This document shows, one piece after another, positions 61,050-64,000 of a DNA stretch of 64,000 nt. The stretch comes from Calcarisporiella thermophila CBS 279.70. Taxonomy: Eukaryota > Fungi > Calcarisporiellomycota. Position 1 is the stretch's first letter; every line of letters begins with the position of its first letter. The DNA lies in NCBI RefSeq assembly GCF_041956535.1, contig NW_027192193.1, positions 574,235-638,234 of the forward strand, given 5' to 3'. Both the position numbers and the translations under genes were made by a program. A model generated the notes under the pieces. That model worked only from the letters and a program-made list of their open reading frames with translations, was not told where the DNA came from and made no database searches.

Positions 61050-62092
61050 GAGATAGCCAGCCAAAACTTCCCATGGCTTCGCTTGGCATTTTATGGTCTG
61101 CAAAACGCCCTTGTTATTTCACTTTTTTGGATGACGGTGTATGAGCCAATTTCTCCCCCCTATTATTACTATTATTTTCTTTTTGTACAGCTGTTTATTC
61201 ACTTTCTCCCAATTTTGCTTTTGTGTTTGTCCAATATCAATAAATTTTGTTTTCTTTGGAAAAACCCTAAACGCAAGGAATTGGTCGCCGCCTGCCCGCA
61301 ACAAGCCATCTGGGAGCCGGCCTTCCAGGGTCGGACCATAGGAGAACGAGCTTAATAAGAAGAAACTTGGGCGAAAAATAGTTTTGGGTTTGAGGAGCTG
61401 GGTGCACTGGCCATTTTCTGCAGTCGCACAGTGAGCGACCATGACGAAGCTTTTTTTTTCCTTATCTCTCGATCTGCGAGATATTTCAAAGGCAGAGTGG
61501 GGGAGAGAAGAGAAGAGAGGAGAGAAAAAAAGTTCTTTTGCGCATGATATAACCCTTCGCCGCGCAAGAGAAAGAAAACAAGAGGCCTGTAGAACCTTGC
61601 AGGCATTGAGGCAGATCAACAATGCTCTTGTAGAGTCACGTGCTATTAAAACAATTTTTGAAAAAGCGATCTCTTTAAAAGTATAAATGATGGCGCAGCG
61701 TATATTGGAATAAATAGAGGTTAAAAAAAGACTGTTGCAGGGATGCTCACTCTGGCGTGTCTTCTCCCCTCTTCTCTCTCCATTAGCCTTCCTCTCTATT
61801 ACACGCTACGGGAATCAAGTTCATTTACCATTTTTTTATCCGACTAAAACCTCTTATCAAGATCAATTGTTTCTCTTCTGCATTAAATGTGGCAATCATA
61901 AATGCTCAATTAAGAAAAAGTGACACCAAGAGCTTTCCCCACATTTTCCGTTATAATTTTTATTTTAACGTGAATGTTGGCTTCCTCTTTGAGCGCTTGC
62001 TCCTCTGTTGCGCCTCTCCTGTTGCCTTACTGGCCGCTCTGCTCTTTGTCCTATACTCCCTTTTCTTTGCTTGAATCCTGTGGGCGGCGGCC

Positions 62093-64000
62093 ATGATAGT
62101 ATTCCGCCCCCTTCGCCAAAAACTCGACTCCCTCACTCGCAGCGACGCAGTGAATGAATCCTCCTCCGATGTGGACTTAACATTCGCGCGTCGCCTATCT
62201 TCAGTGTCTCCACTCTCACCCCTCTACGCCACTTCGCCTCCATCTAGAGACGATATGGGTACAAAGCAAGCGGCTGGGCTCGCAAAATCTTATGATCCCC
62301 AATGCACGACTCGTATCGCTAGGCGCCGATCAGACACTCTTTCATGCTTGAAGGCTGGTGTATTAAGAATTCGACCCGCTATCTCACGCCGTACTTCACA
62401 GCCATTCGTTTCAAATCTCTTGACTAAGAAGGAGCTATGCGAAACCTCGCTCTGTCGCTCGCCAACTTCCACATTTTCCATCGCATCCTCTCCTAGTACT
62501 GCTTCGATTGCGTCCGTAGATTCATCTATTGATTGGCCTTCCTCTTCTTCGACTACATCATGCTCCTCCTACTCCTCTATTGGGCATACTTCGTCCTGGC
62601 TCTCGCACCCTACTGGAAAGTTGTTCAACAAACCCGAATTTGACATGTCTCCCTATACTGATGGAAATTGGCCTGTATCCCTTTCCGGGTCATTGATGCT
62701 CAAAGTGTCCGCCAAACGAATGCGATACCGGCTGCTTCGGTTGGATCCGGAGCAGGGTCGGATAATGTGGGATTCAAAGAAAGACGGGATAAGTGAGTGT
62801 ATCATCCTGCTGTGTGTTTTTGACAAGTCCATTTTTTCTCATCCCCCATCCGCCTCTCTAGTCAACATCGAGAATATAAAAGATCTGCGTATAGGTCCGG
62901 ATGCTCGGATATATCGTGAGCAATTCAAGATATCGTCTGACCAGGAAGAACGCTGGATGTCCATCTTCTATCACCAAAACGGCCGCCAAAAGACATTTCA
63001 CTGCATTGCTCCCACACGCAAAATCTTCAACGACTTTGTGACAGTGCTGCGACGGCTCATGTCCGATCAGAACCAGATCGGTCTGCTCAGATGGCGTAAT
63101 AGCTGCTGGCTGGTGCAACGCTGGAGGGAGGAAATAGCAGGAGATAAGGAGGACCGTGTGAATTTTGAGCAGATTGCCCAATTCTGCCGCCAACTTAATA
63201 TTCAGTATTCAAGAAGGGAGTTGAAAATACGTTTTGATGTGCGCATCTTGACGATGGGATTCCGTCTTCAGATCGAAGGCTAATGACTATTATTCCTTTG
63301 TAGAGCGTGGATGAGCACAACCAGGGAACACTGGGATTTGATGAGTTCACGAAATTCATTAGAGCGCTCAAGGATCGCAGAGAGGTCAACGCCATTTTCC
63401 ACCGATGGGCAAAACAACATGCAGACAAAATCACGCTAAGCGAGTTCAAGCAGTTCATGATGGAGGCGCAAAAGGTGCTGCTGTGAAGATCTCCTTGTTT
63501 TAGTGATCGTTTTACTAGATGAGGCTCCTTATTAGATGTCTGACACCGATGAACGCTTCTCCTCCCTTTACCACAAGTATGCGGATGGTACCGGGTTAAT
63601 GTCGATGGACTGCTTCACAAGCTTCCTCCTCTCATTCACCGACAATGGGCTTATCTCGCCCAACCGCGGCAGCTTGTACGAAGATATGACACTTCCACTT
63701 AACATGTACTTCATTGCAAGTTCCCACAACACGTAAGCAACTACTTTTGAGAGGACGAGGAATTCAACCTTAATTTTATCCGTGTTGTGTCCTAGGTATC
63801 TGCTGGGCCACCAACTAACGGGCCAATCGTCCGTTGAGGGTTACGTTCGCGCTCTTCGTGAGGGGTGCCGATGCGTAGAGTTGGATTGTTGGGATGGCCC
63901 CGATGGGCCGATCATCTACCACGGCCACACGCTGACTACCAAAATCCACTTCAAAGACGCACTGGAAGCAATTGCGCAGCACGCATTCGTTGCCTCTCCC
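62093..64000 (+). CDS. PLC1: Phosphoinositide phospholipase C (5' part, runs off the window)
   Basis: PH domain ([31 protein letters not shown]), EF-hand region, X domain [46 protein letters not shown]. Confidence 0.95.

Noticed and set aside
61119-61686. ORFs between the YABBY-domain gene and PLC1
   Set aside because: Low-complexity UTR/promoter sequence with poly-A/T tracts.

Overview
Gene-dense, intron-rich eukaryotic DNA (short GT-AG introns with CTRAY-type branch points). Gene content points to an early-diverging, non-Dikarya fungus; the exact lineage cannot be read from this window. About 31 protein-coding genes are supported, several visible only after manual splicing. No rRNA, tRNA, CRISPR array or transposon was recognised. 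The first ~12 kb is visibly GC-rich and intron-poor: a PRL phosphatase 3' end, an O-fucosyltransferase-like glycosyltransferase, a His-brace LPMO-like secreted protein, a GPI-anchored PLC-like phosphodiesterase, a C2H2 factor, and an intronless head-to-head sulfotransferase + atypical cytochrome P450 pair. The rest is more AT-rich and mostly housekeeping: GPI2, MAK16, IQGAP, CSL, YOP1, PGK1, PXR1, YjbQ, GATA, PCT1, DNM1, PLC1. It also holds genes budding yeast lacks: three-BRCT microcephalin-like, SMG9, TCTEX1D2-like dynein light chain, ZCCHC10-like and a YABBY-domain microprotein. The best candidate for an undescribed system is the sulfotransferase-P450 cassette (8.6-11.9 kb): a plant-SOT-like sulfotransferase with an extra N-terminal domain and a P450 with Asn replacing the I-helix Thr share a ~440 bp promoter with repeated elements, suggesting a hydroxylate-then-sulfate module, possibly horizontally acquired. 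All family assignments are from motif recognition and recall; no database searches were run.
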